DNA of 64,000 nucleotides from Hyphomicrobiales bacterium (GTDB lineage Bacteria; Pseudomonadota; Alphaproteobacteria; Rhodospirillales; JACKKN01): NCBI GenBank assembly GCA_024236415.1, contig JACKKN010000014.1, positions 13,045 to 77,044 of the forward strand, read 5' to 3'. Shown piece by piece: positions 56,203 to 64,000 of this stretch (position 1 is its first letter; each line of letters starts with the position of its first letter). The notes under the pieces were generated by a model. It saw only the letters and a program-made list of their open reading frames with translations, ran no database searches and was not told where the DNA came from. The position numbers and the translations under genes were made by a program.

Positions 56203-56560
56203 GGGAATCCGGCCAGCGGATCGCCGCGGCGGCGCCAATTGATGGCCCCGGCAGGCATCTTTCACGGCGTCCGACGGGCGCGCCCAAGGCGGTAAAATGG
56301 GGATGCATCCGGGGCCCGGACCTGTCCGCCCCGGGCCGCGGTTTGCATCATTTAATCAACCACTTGGCCCCCATTCCCCGAGGCCGCCGGGAGATCGAAT
56401 CCGGGCTTGATGACGTTGTTGCGTCGCAACATTCATTTGTTGCTTTATGCACCCGCTTCTGGCATTTTCCCGACGTTTTCAACGGCGGCCTTGCCTGGCG
56501 TCCCCGCCCAGACGCCGCCGGACAATCGGGGGACGTCCGAACGATGAGGGGAAATTAAGC

Positions 56561-58654
56561 ATGTCGCTCGTATACGTACTGGTTCTCGCTTGCGGGGCCG
56601 TGGCCCTGCTCTATGGCGCCTACGCCGTGCGGTCGGTCCTGGCCGCCGACGCGGGAACCGAAAGGATGCAGGAGATCGCCGGCGCGGTGCAGGAGGGGGC
56701 CCGCGCCTATCTGAACCGTCAATACATGACCATCGCCGCCGCCGGCATCGTGATCGGCGTGCTGCTGGGCTGGCGCCTGGGCGTCACCGTCGCCATCGGC
56801 TATTTCGTCGGCGCCATCCTGTCGGGTGCCGCCGGCTACATCGGCATGAACGTGTCCGTCCGCGCCAACGTGCGCACCGCCCAGGCCGCCCGCACCTCGG
56901 GCCTGGCCGGCGGCCTGGACATCGCCTTCAAGTCCGGCGCCATCACCGGCATGCTGGTGGTCGGCCTGGCCCTGCTGGGGGTCGCCGGCTACTACGTGAT
57001 CCTGCGCACGGTGAACGACGTCACCGCCGCCGACGGCATGCGCCACACCCTGGAGGCGCTGGTGGCCCTGGGCTTCGGCGCGTCGCTGATCTCCATCTTC
57101 GCCCGTCTCGGCGGCGGCATCTTCACCAAGGGCGCCGACGTGGGCGCCGACCTGGTCGGCAAGATCGAGGCCGGCATCCCCGAGGACGATCCGCGCAACC
57201 CGGGCGTGATCGCCGACAACGTGGGCGACAACGTGGGCGACTGCGCCGGCATGGCTGCCGACCTGTTCGAGACCTATGCCGTGACCGTGGTCGCCACCAT
57301 GCTGCTGGGCGCCATCTACTTCACCGGCGCGCAGCAGGAGCTGATGATGGTTCTGCCGCTGATCATCGGCGGCGTGTGCATCCTGGGCTCGGTGGCCGCC
57401 ACCTGGTTCGTCAAGCTGGGCTCCAGCCAGAACATCATGGGGGCGCTGTACAAGGGCTTCATCGCCAGCGCCGTCATCTCCGCCGTGCTGATCGGCGGCG
57501 TGGTGTCGATCTGGGTCGGCTGGGACTCGTCCTATGACATGGCCGGCCGCGCCGTCACCGGCACCCAGCTGTACGTCTGCGCCCTGACCGGCCTGGGCGT
57601 CACCGGCCTGATCGTGTGGATCACCGAGTACTACACCGGCACCGAGCACCGCCCGGTCAAGAGCGTGGCCGCGGCCTCGACCACCGGCCACGCCACCAAC
57701 ATCATCCAGGGCCTGGCCGTGTCCATGGAGGCCACCGCCCTGCCGGTGATCGTGATCTGCGGCGGCATCATCGTCGCCTTCCTCAGCGCCGGCCTGTTCG
57801 GCCTGGCCGTGGCCGCCACCACCATGCTGGCCCTGGCCGGGATCGTGGTCGCCCTGGACGCCTTCGGGCCGGTCACCGACAACGCCGGCGGCATTGCCGA
57901 GATGGCCGAGCTGCCCGAGGACGTGCGCAAGACCACCGACGCCCTGGACGCCGTGGGCAACACCACCAAGGCGGTGACCAAGGGCTACGCCATCGGTTCG
58001 GCCGGCCTCGCCGCGCTGGTGCTGTTCGCCGCCTATACCGAGGACCTGAGTCACTACTTCCCGGACCTGCAGGTGACCTTCAGGCTGCAGGATCCGTTCG
58101 TGGTGATCGGGCTGTTCATCGGCGGCCTGCTGCCGTTCCTGTTCGGCTCCATGGGCATGATGGCCGTGGGCCGGGCCGGCGGCCAGGTGGTGGTCGAGGT
58201 GCGGCGCCAGTTCAAGGAGATCCCGGGCATCATGGAAGGCACGGCCAAGCCGGAATACGGCCGCTGCGTCGACATGCTGACCAAGGCGGCCATCAAGGAG
58301 ATGATCGTGCCGTCGATGCTGCCCGTGCTGGCGCCGGTGGTGATGTATTTCGTCATCAAGGCCATCGCCGACCAGACGGCGGCCTTCTCGGCCCTGGGCG
58401 CCATGCTGATGGGCACCATCGTCACCGGGTTGTTCGTGGCCATCTCCATGACCTCGGGCGGCGGCGCCTGGGACAACGCCAAGAAGTTCATCGAGGACGG
58501 CCAGCACGGCGGCAAGGGCTCGGACGCCCACCATGCCGCGGTGACCGGCGACACGGTCGGCGACCCCTACAAGGATACCGCCGGCCCGGCCGTCAACCCG
58601 ATGATCAAGATCATCAACATCGTCGCCATCCTGTTGCTGGCCATCGTCGCCTGA
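56561..58654 (+). CDS. hppA: membrane-bound proton-translocating pyrophosphatase
   Basis: ORF 56447..58654 trimmed to the ATG at 56561 (GAGGGGA RBS). [55 protein letters not shown] is present. The signatures [37 protein letters not shown] and [14 protein letters not shown] are hallmark H+-PPase motifs. Confidence 0.95.
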   Translation: MSLVYVLVLACGAVALLYGAYAVRSVLAADAGTERMQEIAGAVQEGARAYLNRQYMTIAAAGIVIGVLLGWRLGVTVAIGYFVGAILSGAAGYIGMNVSVRANVRTAQAARTSGLAGGLDIAFKSGAITGMLVVGLALLGVAGYYVILRTVNDVTAADGMRHTLEALVALGFGASLISIFARLGGGIFTKGADVGADLVGKIEAGIPEDDPRNPGVIADNVGDNVGDCAGMAADLFETYAVTVVATMLLGAIYFTGAQQELMMVLPLIIGGVCILGSVAATWFVKLGSSQNIMGALYKGFIASAVISAVLIGGVVSIWVGWDSSYDMAGRAVTGTQLYVCALTGLGVTGLIVWITEYYTGTEHRPVKSVAAASTTGHATNIIQGLAVSMEATALPVIVICGGIIVAFLSAGLFGLAVAATTMLALAGIVVALDAFGPVTDNAGGIAEMAELPEDVRKTTDALDAVGNTTKAVTKGYAIGSAGLAALVLFAAYTEDLSHYFPDLQVTFRLQDPFVVIGLFIGGLLPFLFGSMGMMAVGRAGGQVVVEVRRQFKEIPGIMEGTAKPEYGRCVDMLTKAAIKEMIVPSMLPVLAPVVMYFVIKAIADQTAAFSALGAMLMGTIVTGLFVAISMTSGGGAWDNAKKFIEDGQHGGKGSDAHHAAVTGDTVGDPYKDTAGPAVNPMIKIINIVAILLLAIVA

Positions 58655-58702
58655 CGACGACGGCACCGACGACTCGCCGGGGCCGGCCACGGCCGGCCCC
58701 GG

Positions 58703-58740
58703 GAAAGAAAACCCCGGCGCCGCCTGGCGCCGGGGTTTTT
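58703..58740. terminator. bidirectional rho-independent terminator between convergent hppA and bamE
   Basis: ACCCCGGCGCC-gcct-GGCGCCGGGGT (11-bp stem, 58711-58736) is flanked by gaaagaaaa upstream and ttttt downstream, so either strand reads hairpin plus U-run. A further GC hairpin, GGGGCCGGCC-acg-GCCGGCCCC, lies at about 58679-58700. Confidence 0.7.
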
Positions 58741-58772
58741 CGTCTGCCGATCGGGGGACGGAAGGGCCGCGG

Positions 58773-59255
58773 CTATTTCTGCGGCGCGGCGGCGTCGCCG
58801 CTGAACCGGCCCAGGTTGCCCAGCAACTGGTCGAGGATGGTCATCTCGTTGCCGGCGGTGGGGGTTTCCCGGTCCACCGGGTCGACCTCGCGGCTGGCGT
58901 CCAGGCCCACGGTGCGCATGCCCGACAGCATGCCCTGGGAGTTGAACTTGAGGATCAGCACCTGGCGCTCCTCCACCTGGGGGGCGAAGAAGGCCGTGGT
59001 CTCGGTGCGCTCGGAGACGTAGAACCAGGTCTCCTCTTCGAACATGGCCACCGTCGACGGCGAGCCCAGGATCTCCTCCACCTCGTTGCGCGAGATCTCG
59101 CCGGGCTTGAGGTCGGCCAGCAGGTCGGGGTCGGGCAGGTTGCCGCGGGTGTCGATGCGCGGCGCGCAGGCGGCGGCGCCCAGGGCCAGGCCGAGGCACA
59201 GGGCCAGGGTGGCCGGGAACCGGTACCGGGAACGCTTTGCCGAGAACTTGGTCAT
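58773..59255 (-). CDS. bamE: outer membrane protein assembly factor BamE (SmpA/OmlA lipoprotein)
   Basis: ORF 58773..59522 trimmed to the ATG at 59255. MTKFSAKRSRYRFPATLALCLGLALGAAAC-APR gives the lipobox. Then RIDTRGNLPDPDLLADLKPGEISRNEVEEILGSPS...WFYV is a typical BamE fold signature. Confidence 0.8.
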   Translation of the reverse strand: MTKFSAKRSRYRFPATLALCLGLALGAAACAPRIDTRGNLPDPDLLADLKPGEISRNEVEEILGSPSTVAMFEEETWFYVSERTETTAFFAPQVEERQVLILKFNSQGMLSGMRTVGLDASREVDPVDRETPTAGNEMTILDQLLGNLGRFSGDAAAPQK

Positions 59256-59369
59256 GGCGGCACCGTCGAGGCTTGTGTGGGACCCTTCAACGGGTGATAA
59301 ATCGCACTTGGCGGCCCGCGTTGTCAAACGTTGACGCGCGCGCCGCGCCACGCCGCACGGAGGATGGCC

Positions 59370-59918
59370 ATGTTCGCCTGGTTCAAGGGGCGGTCGGGGA
59401 CCGACGCCGCCGCCGACGCCCTGTACCGGGCCGTCATCGCCCAGGCGCGGCAGCCGGTGTTCTACGAATCCCTGGGCGTGCCCGACACCGTGGACGGCCG
59501 GTTCGACATGGTCGCCCTGCACGCCTTCCTGGTGCTGCGCCGGCTGCGCCGCGACGGGCCGGCGGGCCAGGACCTGGGCCAGGCCCTGTACGACCTGATG
59601 TTCGCCGACATGGACGTGAACCTGCGCGAGATGGGAATCGGCGACATGGGCATCGGCCGGCGCATCAAGGCCATGGCGCAGATGTTCTCGGGCCGCGTCG
59701 CCGCCTATGACGCCGGGCTGGAATCGGCCGACGACGGCGACCTGGGCCAGGCCCTGCGCCGCAACCTTTACCGCAAGACCGAGCCGGAAGACGTTGCAAT
59801 CGCGGCCCTGGCGGCCTATATGCGCCGGGCGGACCGGTGCCTGGCCGGCTGCGACCTGGCGGCCCTGGAGACGGGCGCCGCCGATTTCGGGCCCGCCCCG
59901 GCGGCGCCCGCGCCCTGA
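59370..59918 (+). CDS. ubiquinol-cytochrome c chaperone (CBP3-like) family protein
   Basis: ORF 59331..59918. I prefer the ATG at 59370 (GGAGG, 6-nt spacer; MFAWFKGRS...). ALYRAVIAQARQPVFYESLGVPDTVDGRFDMVALHAFLVLRRL...LYDLMFADMDVNLREMGIGDMGIGRRIKAM matches this family, and so does the position between bamE and yceD. Confidence 0.7.
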   Translation: MFAWFKGRSGTDAAADALYRAVIAQARQPVFYESLGVPDTVDGRFDMVALHAFLVLRRLRRDGPAGQDLGQALYDLMFADMDVNLREMGIGDMGIGRRIKAMAQMFSGRVAAYDAGLESADDGDLGQALRRNLYRKTEPEDVAIAALAAYMRRADRCLAGCDLAALETGAADFGPAPAAPAP

Positions 59919-59944
59919 CCGCCGGGAAAAGGAAGGACCGGACC

Positions 59945-60520
59945 ATGACGGGGACCCCCGCCGTCGAGTTCTCGCGGCCCGTGGCCGTGGACTCCCTGGA
60001 GCCCGGGGAGCAGCGGCGCCGCATCGAGGCCACCGCCGCCGAGCGCGCCGCCCTGGCCGCCCGCTTCGGCCTGGTGGCCATCGACAGCCTAGCCGCCGAC
60101 CTGGTGCTGACCCGCCCGCGCCGCGACCTGGTGGAGATGACCGGCACCCTGGAGGCCGAGGTGGTGCAGACCTGCGTCGTCTCGCTGCAGGACTTCCCGG
60201 CCCGCGTCGCCGAGCCCGTGGACCTGGTGTTCACCGAGGAGGCGGCCCTGCCGCCGGCCGCGGGCGAGGACCTGGAGGACGAGGAGGACCCCGATTCGGA
60301 GCCGCCGGAACCCATCGTCGACGGCCGCGTCGACCTGGGCGAGGCGGTGGCGCAGCAGTTGGCCCTGGCCCTGGACCCGTTCCCCCACGCGCCGGGAATC
60401 ACCTTCGCCGGCTATGCCGTGCACGGCGGTTCCGGCGGGCCCGGGGAGGGGGCCGGGGAAGGGGCCGGCGCGGACCCCAATCCGTTCGCCAAACTGGCGG
60501 CTTTAAAGGAAAAACTTTGA
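59945..60520 (+). CDS. yceD: YceD/DUF177 family protein (23S rRNA accumulation protein)
   Basis: ORF 59837..60520 trimmed to the ATG at 59945 (AAAGGAAGGA RBS). FSRPVAVDSL...TGTLEAEVVQTCVVSLQDF...DGRVDLGEAVAQQLALALDPFPHAP is present, and the gene sits immediately upstream of rpmF as is usual. Confidence 0.8.
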   Translation: MTGTPAVEFSRPVAVDSLEPGEQRRRIEATAAERAALAARFGLVAIDSLAADLVLTRPRRDLVEMTGTLEAEVVQTCVVSLQDFPARVAEPVDLVFTEEAALPPAAGEDLEDEEDPDSEPPEPIVDGRVDLGEAVAQQLALALDPFPHAPGITFAGYAVHGGSGGPGEGAGEGAGADPNPFAKLAALKEKL

Positions 60521-60608
60521 ACCGGCGCCCAGCGCAAGCTTGCTCCGCTGGTGATTATCGTTTAATGAGTCGCGCTCCCCGACCGCGCAATGTCTAGGAT
60601 GGTTGAAG

Positions 60609-60794
60609 ATGGCCGTACCGAAGAGAAAGATTTCCAAATCCCGCCGCGACTTGCGGCGGTCGCACCATGCCCTGAAGTCCTCGGCCTACGAGGAATGCCC
60701 CAGCTGCGGCGAACTGAAGCGCCCCCACCATGTCTGCGCGGCCTGCGGCACCTATAACGGGCGCGAGGTCCTCGAAGCCGAAGAGGTGGCCTAG
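60609..60794 (+). CDS. rpmF: 50S ribosomal protein L32
   Basis: [57 protein letters not shown] at 60609; the track ORF starts two codons earlier at a TTG. Confidence 0.95.
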   Translation: MAVPKRKISKSRRDLRRSHHALKSSAYEECPSCGELKRPHHVCAACGTYNGREVLEAEEVA

Positions 60795-60830
60795 CCGCGG
60801 TTTCTGGCAGGGATGTGAGGGCAAATCCCG

Positions 60831-61961
60831 TTGTCTGAAAACCTGATCCTATCCATCGACGCCATGGGCGGGGACAACGCCCCCGAGATGGTGGTCGAGG
60901 GATTGACCATTGCGCTGGATCGCCATCCGGACGCGCGCTTCCTGCTGTACGGGGACGAGGCGCGCCTGAAGCCGTTCCTGGACGCCCACGCGCGCCTGCG
61001 CAAGGTGTGCGAGATCAGGCACGCCGACGACGTCATCACCAACGACGCCAAGCCGGCCCAGGCCCTGCGCAACGGCCGCCAGAGCAGCATGCGCCTGGCC
61101 ATCAACGCGGTGAAGGACGGCGAGGCCACGGGCATCGTGTCGGCCGGCAACACCGGCGCCCTGATGGCCATGGCCAAGTTCGTGCTGAAGACCCTGCCCG
61201 GCATCGACCGCCCGGCCATCGCCACCAGCTTCCCCACCATGCGGGCCAAGACGGTGATGCTGGACCTGGGCGCCAACGTCGAGTGCGACGCCGAGAACCT
61301 GGTCCAGTTCGCGGTCATGGGCGAGGTGTTCGCGCGCAACGTGCTGGGGCTGGAGCAGCCGTCGGTGGGCATCCTGAACGTGGGTCAGGAGGACCTGAAG
61401 GGCAACACGGCGGTGAAGCAGGCGGCGGCCATGCTGCAGGAGGCCGACCTGCCCATCAAGTTCTATGGCTTCGTCGAGGGCGACGACCTGGCCGCCGGCA
61501 CCGTCGACGTGATCGTCACCGACGGCTTCACCGGCAACATCTCGCTTAAAAGCATCGAGGGCACGGCCAAGATGTTCGCCCACTTCCTGCGCGAATCCCT
61601 GATGGGCTCGGTGCGCGGCAAGCTGGGCGCCACGATCGCCAAGAAGGCGCTGTTGGAGTTCAAGGACCGGCTGGACCCGCGGCGCTACAACGGCGCCATG
61701 TTCCTGGGCCTGAACGGCATCTGCGTCAAGAGCCACGGCGGCACCGACGGGCTGGGCTTCTCCAACGCCATCCGGGTCGCCATCGAGCTGATCAATGACG
61801 GCGTCAACGACGGCATCAAGGACGACTTCGCCCACATCAGCGAAGCAATCCTCCTGGTCCGCGAGCGCGCCGAGGAGGAGGCCCGGGCGGCCGAGCGCGA
61901 GGCCCAGGTGGCGGCCGAGGCGGCGCGTAACGAGGGTAAGGACCGGGCGGTGAGCCTATGA
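60831..61961 (+). CDS. plsX: phosphate acyltransferase PlsX
   Basis: 376-aa ORF (TTG start) with [18 protein letters not shown]...[11 protein letters not shown]...[10 protein letters not shown]. There is a Glu/Ala-rich C-terminal tail. Confidence 0.9.
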   Translation: MSENLILSIDAMGGDNAPEMVVEGLTIALDRHPDARFLLYGDEARLKPFLDAHARLRKVCEIRHADDVITNDAKPAQALRNGRQSSMRLAINAVKDGEATGIVSAGNTGALMAMAKFVLKTLPGIDRPAIATSFPTMRAKTVMLDLGANVECDAENLVQFAVMGEVFARNVLGLEQPSVGILNVGQEDLKGNTAVKQAAAMLQEADLPIKFYGFVEGDDLAAGTVDVIVTDGFTGNISLKSIEGTAKMFAHFLRESLMGSVRGKLGATIAKKALLEFKDRLDPRRYNGAMFLGLNGICVKSHGGTDGLGFSNAIRVAIELINDGVNDGIKDDFAHISEAILLVRERAEEEARAAEREAQVAAEAARNEGKDRAVSL

Positions 61962-62947
61962 CGTCTTCCATCCGTTCGCGCATCGTCGGCTGCGGATCCT
62001 TCCTTCCCGCCCAGGTGGTCACCAACGAAGAACTGGCGGCGCGCATCGACACCACCGACGAGTGGATCACGGCGCGCACCGGAATCCGCCGCCGCCACAT
62101 CGCCGCCGCCGGCGAGGTGACCTCGGACCTGGCCTTCCAGGCCAGCCGCCGCGCCCTGGAGAATGCCGGCATCAACGCCGACGCGGTGGACCTGATCGTG
62201 CTGGCCACCACCACGCCGGACAACACCTTCCCGGCCACCGCCACCAAGGTGCAGGCCATGCTGGGCATCCACCACGGCGCCGCATTCGACGTGCAGGCGG
62301 TGTGCTCGGGCTTCGTCTACGCCCTGTCGGTGGCCGACAATTTCGTCAAGGCCGGGCAGGCGCGGACCGCCCTGGTGATCGGCGCCGAGACCTTCTCGCG
62401 CATCCTGGACTGGGAGGACCGCGGCACCTGCGTGCTGTTCGGCGACGGCGCCGGCGCCGTGGTGCTGCGCGCCGAACCCCTGGCCGACGGCGCCGACCCG
62501 GTGCGCACCCCCGGCATCCTGTCCACCCACCTGTATTCCGACGGCCGCTACAACGACCTGCTGTACGTGGACGGCGGGCCGTCCTCGACCCAGACCGTGG
62601 GCCACGTGCGCATGCAGGGCAAGGAGGTGTTCCGCCACGCCGTGGTCAACCTGGCCGAGGTGGTGGGCGAGGCCCTGGCGGCCAACGGCCTGCAACCCGC
62701 GGACCTGGACTGGATCGTGCCGCACCAGGCCAACAAGCGGATCCTGGACGGCACCGCGCGCAAGCTGTCGATTCCCGCCGAGCGGGTGGTGGTGACGGTC
62801 GACCGCCACGCCAACACTTCGGCGGCGTCGGTGCCCCTGGCCCTGGACGAGGCCCTGCGCGACGGGCGCATCCAGCCCGGCCATCTGGTGCTGTTGGAGG
62901 CCATGGGCGGCGGCCTGACCTGGGGCGCGGCCCTGGTCCGCTGGTAG
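61958..62947 (+). CDS. fabH: 3-oxoacyl-ACP synthase III
   Basis: 329-aa ORF with a 4-nt overlap with plsX. Motifs are [18 protein letters not shown], active-site [23 protein letters not shown] and GGGLTWGA. Confidence 0.95.
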   Translation: MTSSIRSRIVGCGSFLPAQVVTNEELAARIDTTDEWITARTGIRRRHIAAAGEVTSDLAFQASRRALENAGINADAVDLIVLATTTPDNTFPATATKVQAMLGIHHGAAFDVQAVCSGFVYALSVADNFVKAGQARTALVIGAETFSRILDWEDRGTCVLFGDGAGAVVLRAEPLADGADPVRTPGILSTHLYSDGRYNDLLYVDGGPSSTQTVGHVRMQGKEVFRHAVVNLAEVVGEALAANGLQPADLDWIVPHQANKRILDGTARKLSIPAERVVVTVDRHANTSAASVPLALDEALRDGRIQPGHLVLLEAMGGGLTWGAALVRW

Positions 62948-63109
62948 GCGCGCCGCCGCCGCGGCGGCGGAAAAGCCCCGAAATGCGCCGGTGGGGCCAC
63001 TTCTAGGGCGCTTTGGGCGCTCTTAACGTTGTCTGGCATCCCTTTGATATTGACGGTTTTATCCGGCAACTGTACCCTTCCTTCATCGTAAGCACGAGGG
63101 GTAGGGTCG

Positions 63110-63424
63110 ATGTCAGGCAGAACTATCACGCGCGCGCAGCTCAGCGAGGCTGTGTACCAGGAAGTCGGGCTTTCGCGCAACGAGTCGGCGGAGTTGCTGG
63201 AACTGGTGCTGACCCAGGTCTCCGACGCGCTGGCGCGCGGCGAAACCGTGAAGATCTCGTCCTTCGGCACGTTCTCGATCCGGCAGAAGGGGCAGCGCAT
63301 CGGGCGCAACCCCAAGACCGGCGAGGAGGTGCCGATCCTGCCGCGCAAGGTCCTGGTGTTTCGGCCGTCCCAGGTGTTGAAGAATCGCATCAACGAAAAG
63401 CGCAAGCCTGACATGGCGTCGTAG
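63110..63424 (+). CDS. ihfA: integration host factor subunit alpha
   Basis: 104-aa ORF with [28 protein letters not shown]...[48 protein letters not shown]. Confidence 0.9.
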   Translation: MSGRTITRAQLSEAVYQEVGLSRNESAELLELVLTQVSDALARGETVKISSFGTFSIRQKGQRIGRNPKTGEEVPILPRKVLVFRPSQVLKNRINEKRKPDMAS

Positions 63425-63426
63425 CA

Positions 63427-63876
63427 ATGGCGGACCAGGACCGGACCAGCGCCCGGGGCACGGACGGCAAATCGGCGGAGGCATTCCGCACCATCACCGA
63501 GGTGGCCAACCTGTTGGAGTTGCCGCAGCACGTGCTGCGCTTCTGGGAGACCAAGTTCCCCCAGATCAAGCCCCTGAAGCGGGGCGGCGGGCGCCGCTAC
63601 TACCGACCCGAGGACATCGACCTGCTGCGCGAGATCCGCGGCCTGCTGTACGACGACGGGTACACCATCAAGGGCGTGCAGAAGCTGCTGCGCCAGAATG
63701 GCGGCAAGCCGCCGTCGGCGGCGCCCCCGCGGCCCCGCGACGAGGTGCCGGCCCCGCCCGCCCGGGTGGCCGCCGTCGACCTGCCCGGGTCCCTGCGGCG
63801 GGAGCTGGAAGGCGTCCTCAACGAGCTGGAAATCCTCAAGAAACTCCTGGCGGAGGCCGCCGGCGGCAAATCCTGA
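63427..63876 (+). CDS. MerR-family transcriptional regulator
   Basis: 149-aa ORF starting 2 nt after ihf[70 protein letters not shown] is a MerR-type HTH. The ihfA-merR pairing is conserved in alphaproteobacteria as far as I recall. Confidence 0.8.
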   Translation: MADQDRTSARGTDGKSAEAFRTITEVANLLELPQHVLRFWETKFPQIKPLKRGGGRRYYRPEDIDLLREIRGLLYDDGYTIKGVQKLLRQNGGKPPSAAPPRPRDEVPAPPARVAAVDLPGSLRRELEGVLNELEILKKLLAEAAGGKS

Positions 63877-63968
63877 GGCGCCGCCGCGGCGGCGCGCGCG
63901 CGGGGAATCCCGGTGTTGCGCCCCGGGACCTCGCGAAGTATATTCGCCGCGATTCGAGACCAACGCGA

Positions 63969-64000
63969 CGGAGCGTAGCGCAGCCTGGTAGCGCACCACA
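63969..64000 (+). tRNA. tRNA, 5' fragment cut by the window edge (probably tRNA-Pro)
   Basis: CGGAGCG-TA-GCGC-AGCCTGGTA-GCGC-A-CCACA parses exactly as acceptor stem, D-arm and the first 5 nt of the anticodon stem. The GCGCAGCCTGGTAGCGC D-arm is typical of bacterial tRNA-Pro. The anticodon is not visible, so the identity is tentative. Confidence 0.6.

Noticed and set aside
56385-56410. tRNA T-arm-like string gagatcgaatccgggctt upstream of hppA
   Set aside because: It only resembles the GTTCGAATC T-loop. I could not fold any acceptor, D-arm or anticodon arm from the flanking sequence.
56418-56430. FNR/FixK box interpretation of the GTTGCGTCGCAAC palindrome
   Set aside because: The half-sites are separated by 1 nt rather than the 4-nt spacer of TTGAT-n4-ATCAA. 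I keep it only as an unassigned palindrome.

Overview
Very GC-rich chromosomal segment (by eye about two-thirds or more G+C). Gene content looks alphaproteobacterial and Rhodospirillales-like: a MucR/Ros regulator, a membrane H+-pyrophosphatase, and bamE-yceD-rpmF-plsX-fabH-ihfA-merR-tRNA synteny. I support 58 protein-coding genes (one open at the left edge, and one 59-codon gene missing from the ORF track), one tRNA 5' fragment at the right edge, two rho-independent terminators, one coding tandem repeat and a few candidate regulatory sites. I saw no transposase, integrase, phage gene, CRISPR array, rRNA or recognisable defence gene. The right part (41.5-64 kb) is ordinary housekeeping: livHMGF-livK branched-chain amino-acid ABC transporter, mucR, the packed rpiB-glyA-nrdR-ribD-ribE-ribBA-ribH-nusB-thiL string, hppA, and bamE through ihfA. 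The left 41 kb is accessory-like: two glycosyltransferases, a PAS-GGDEF-EAL protein, an orphan PhnZ-like HD protein, a SiaA/SiaC-like phosphatase module, an RND pump, a TctCBA transporter beside a HutC-OCD-UbiD operon, and bfr/bfd. Two clusters of exported proteins have no family I can name, and these are the best candidates for something undescribed. (i) 17.6-27.1 kb: a six-gene operon encoding three related Gly-rich (one His-rich) exported proteins, a class II c-type cytochrome, a tandem USP and a P2-type ATPase, divergent from an 832-aa outer-membrane protein that appears to fuse three beta-barrel modules. (ii) 34.3-40.5 kb: two tandem ~700-aa exported paralogues with a conserved His-rich N-terminal domain, divergent from an exported protein with a proline-rich repeat and two laminin-B-like modules. 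All functional assignments rest on motif recognition by eye; no database search was possible. Many very long ORFs in the track are antisense or out-of-frame artefacts of the high GC content.
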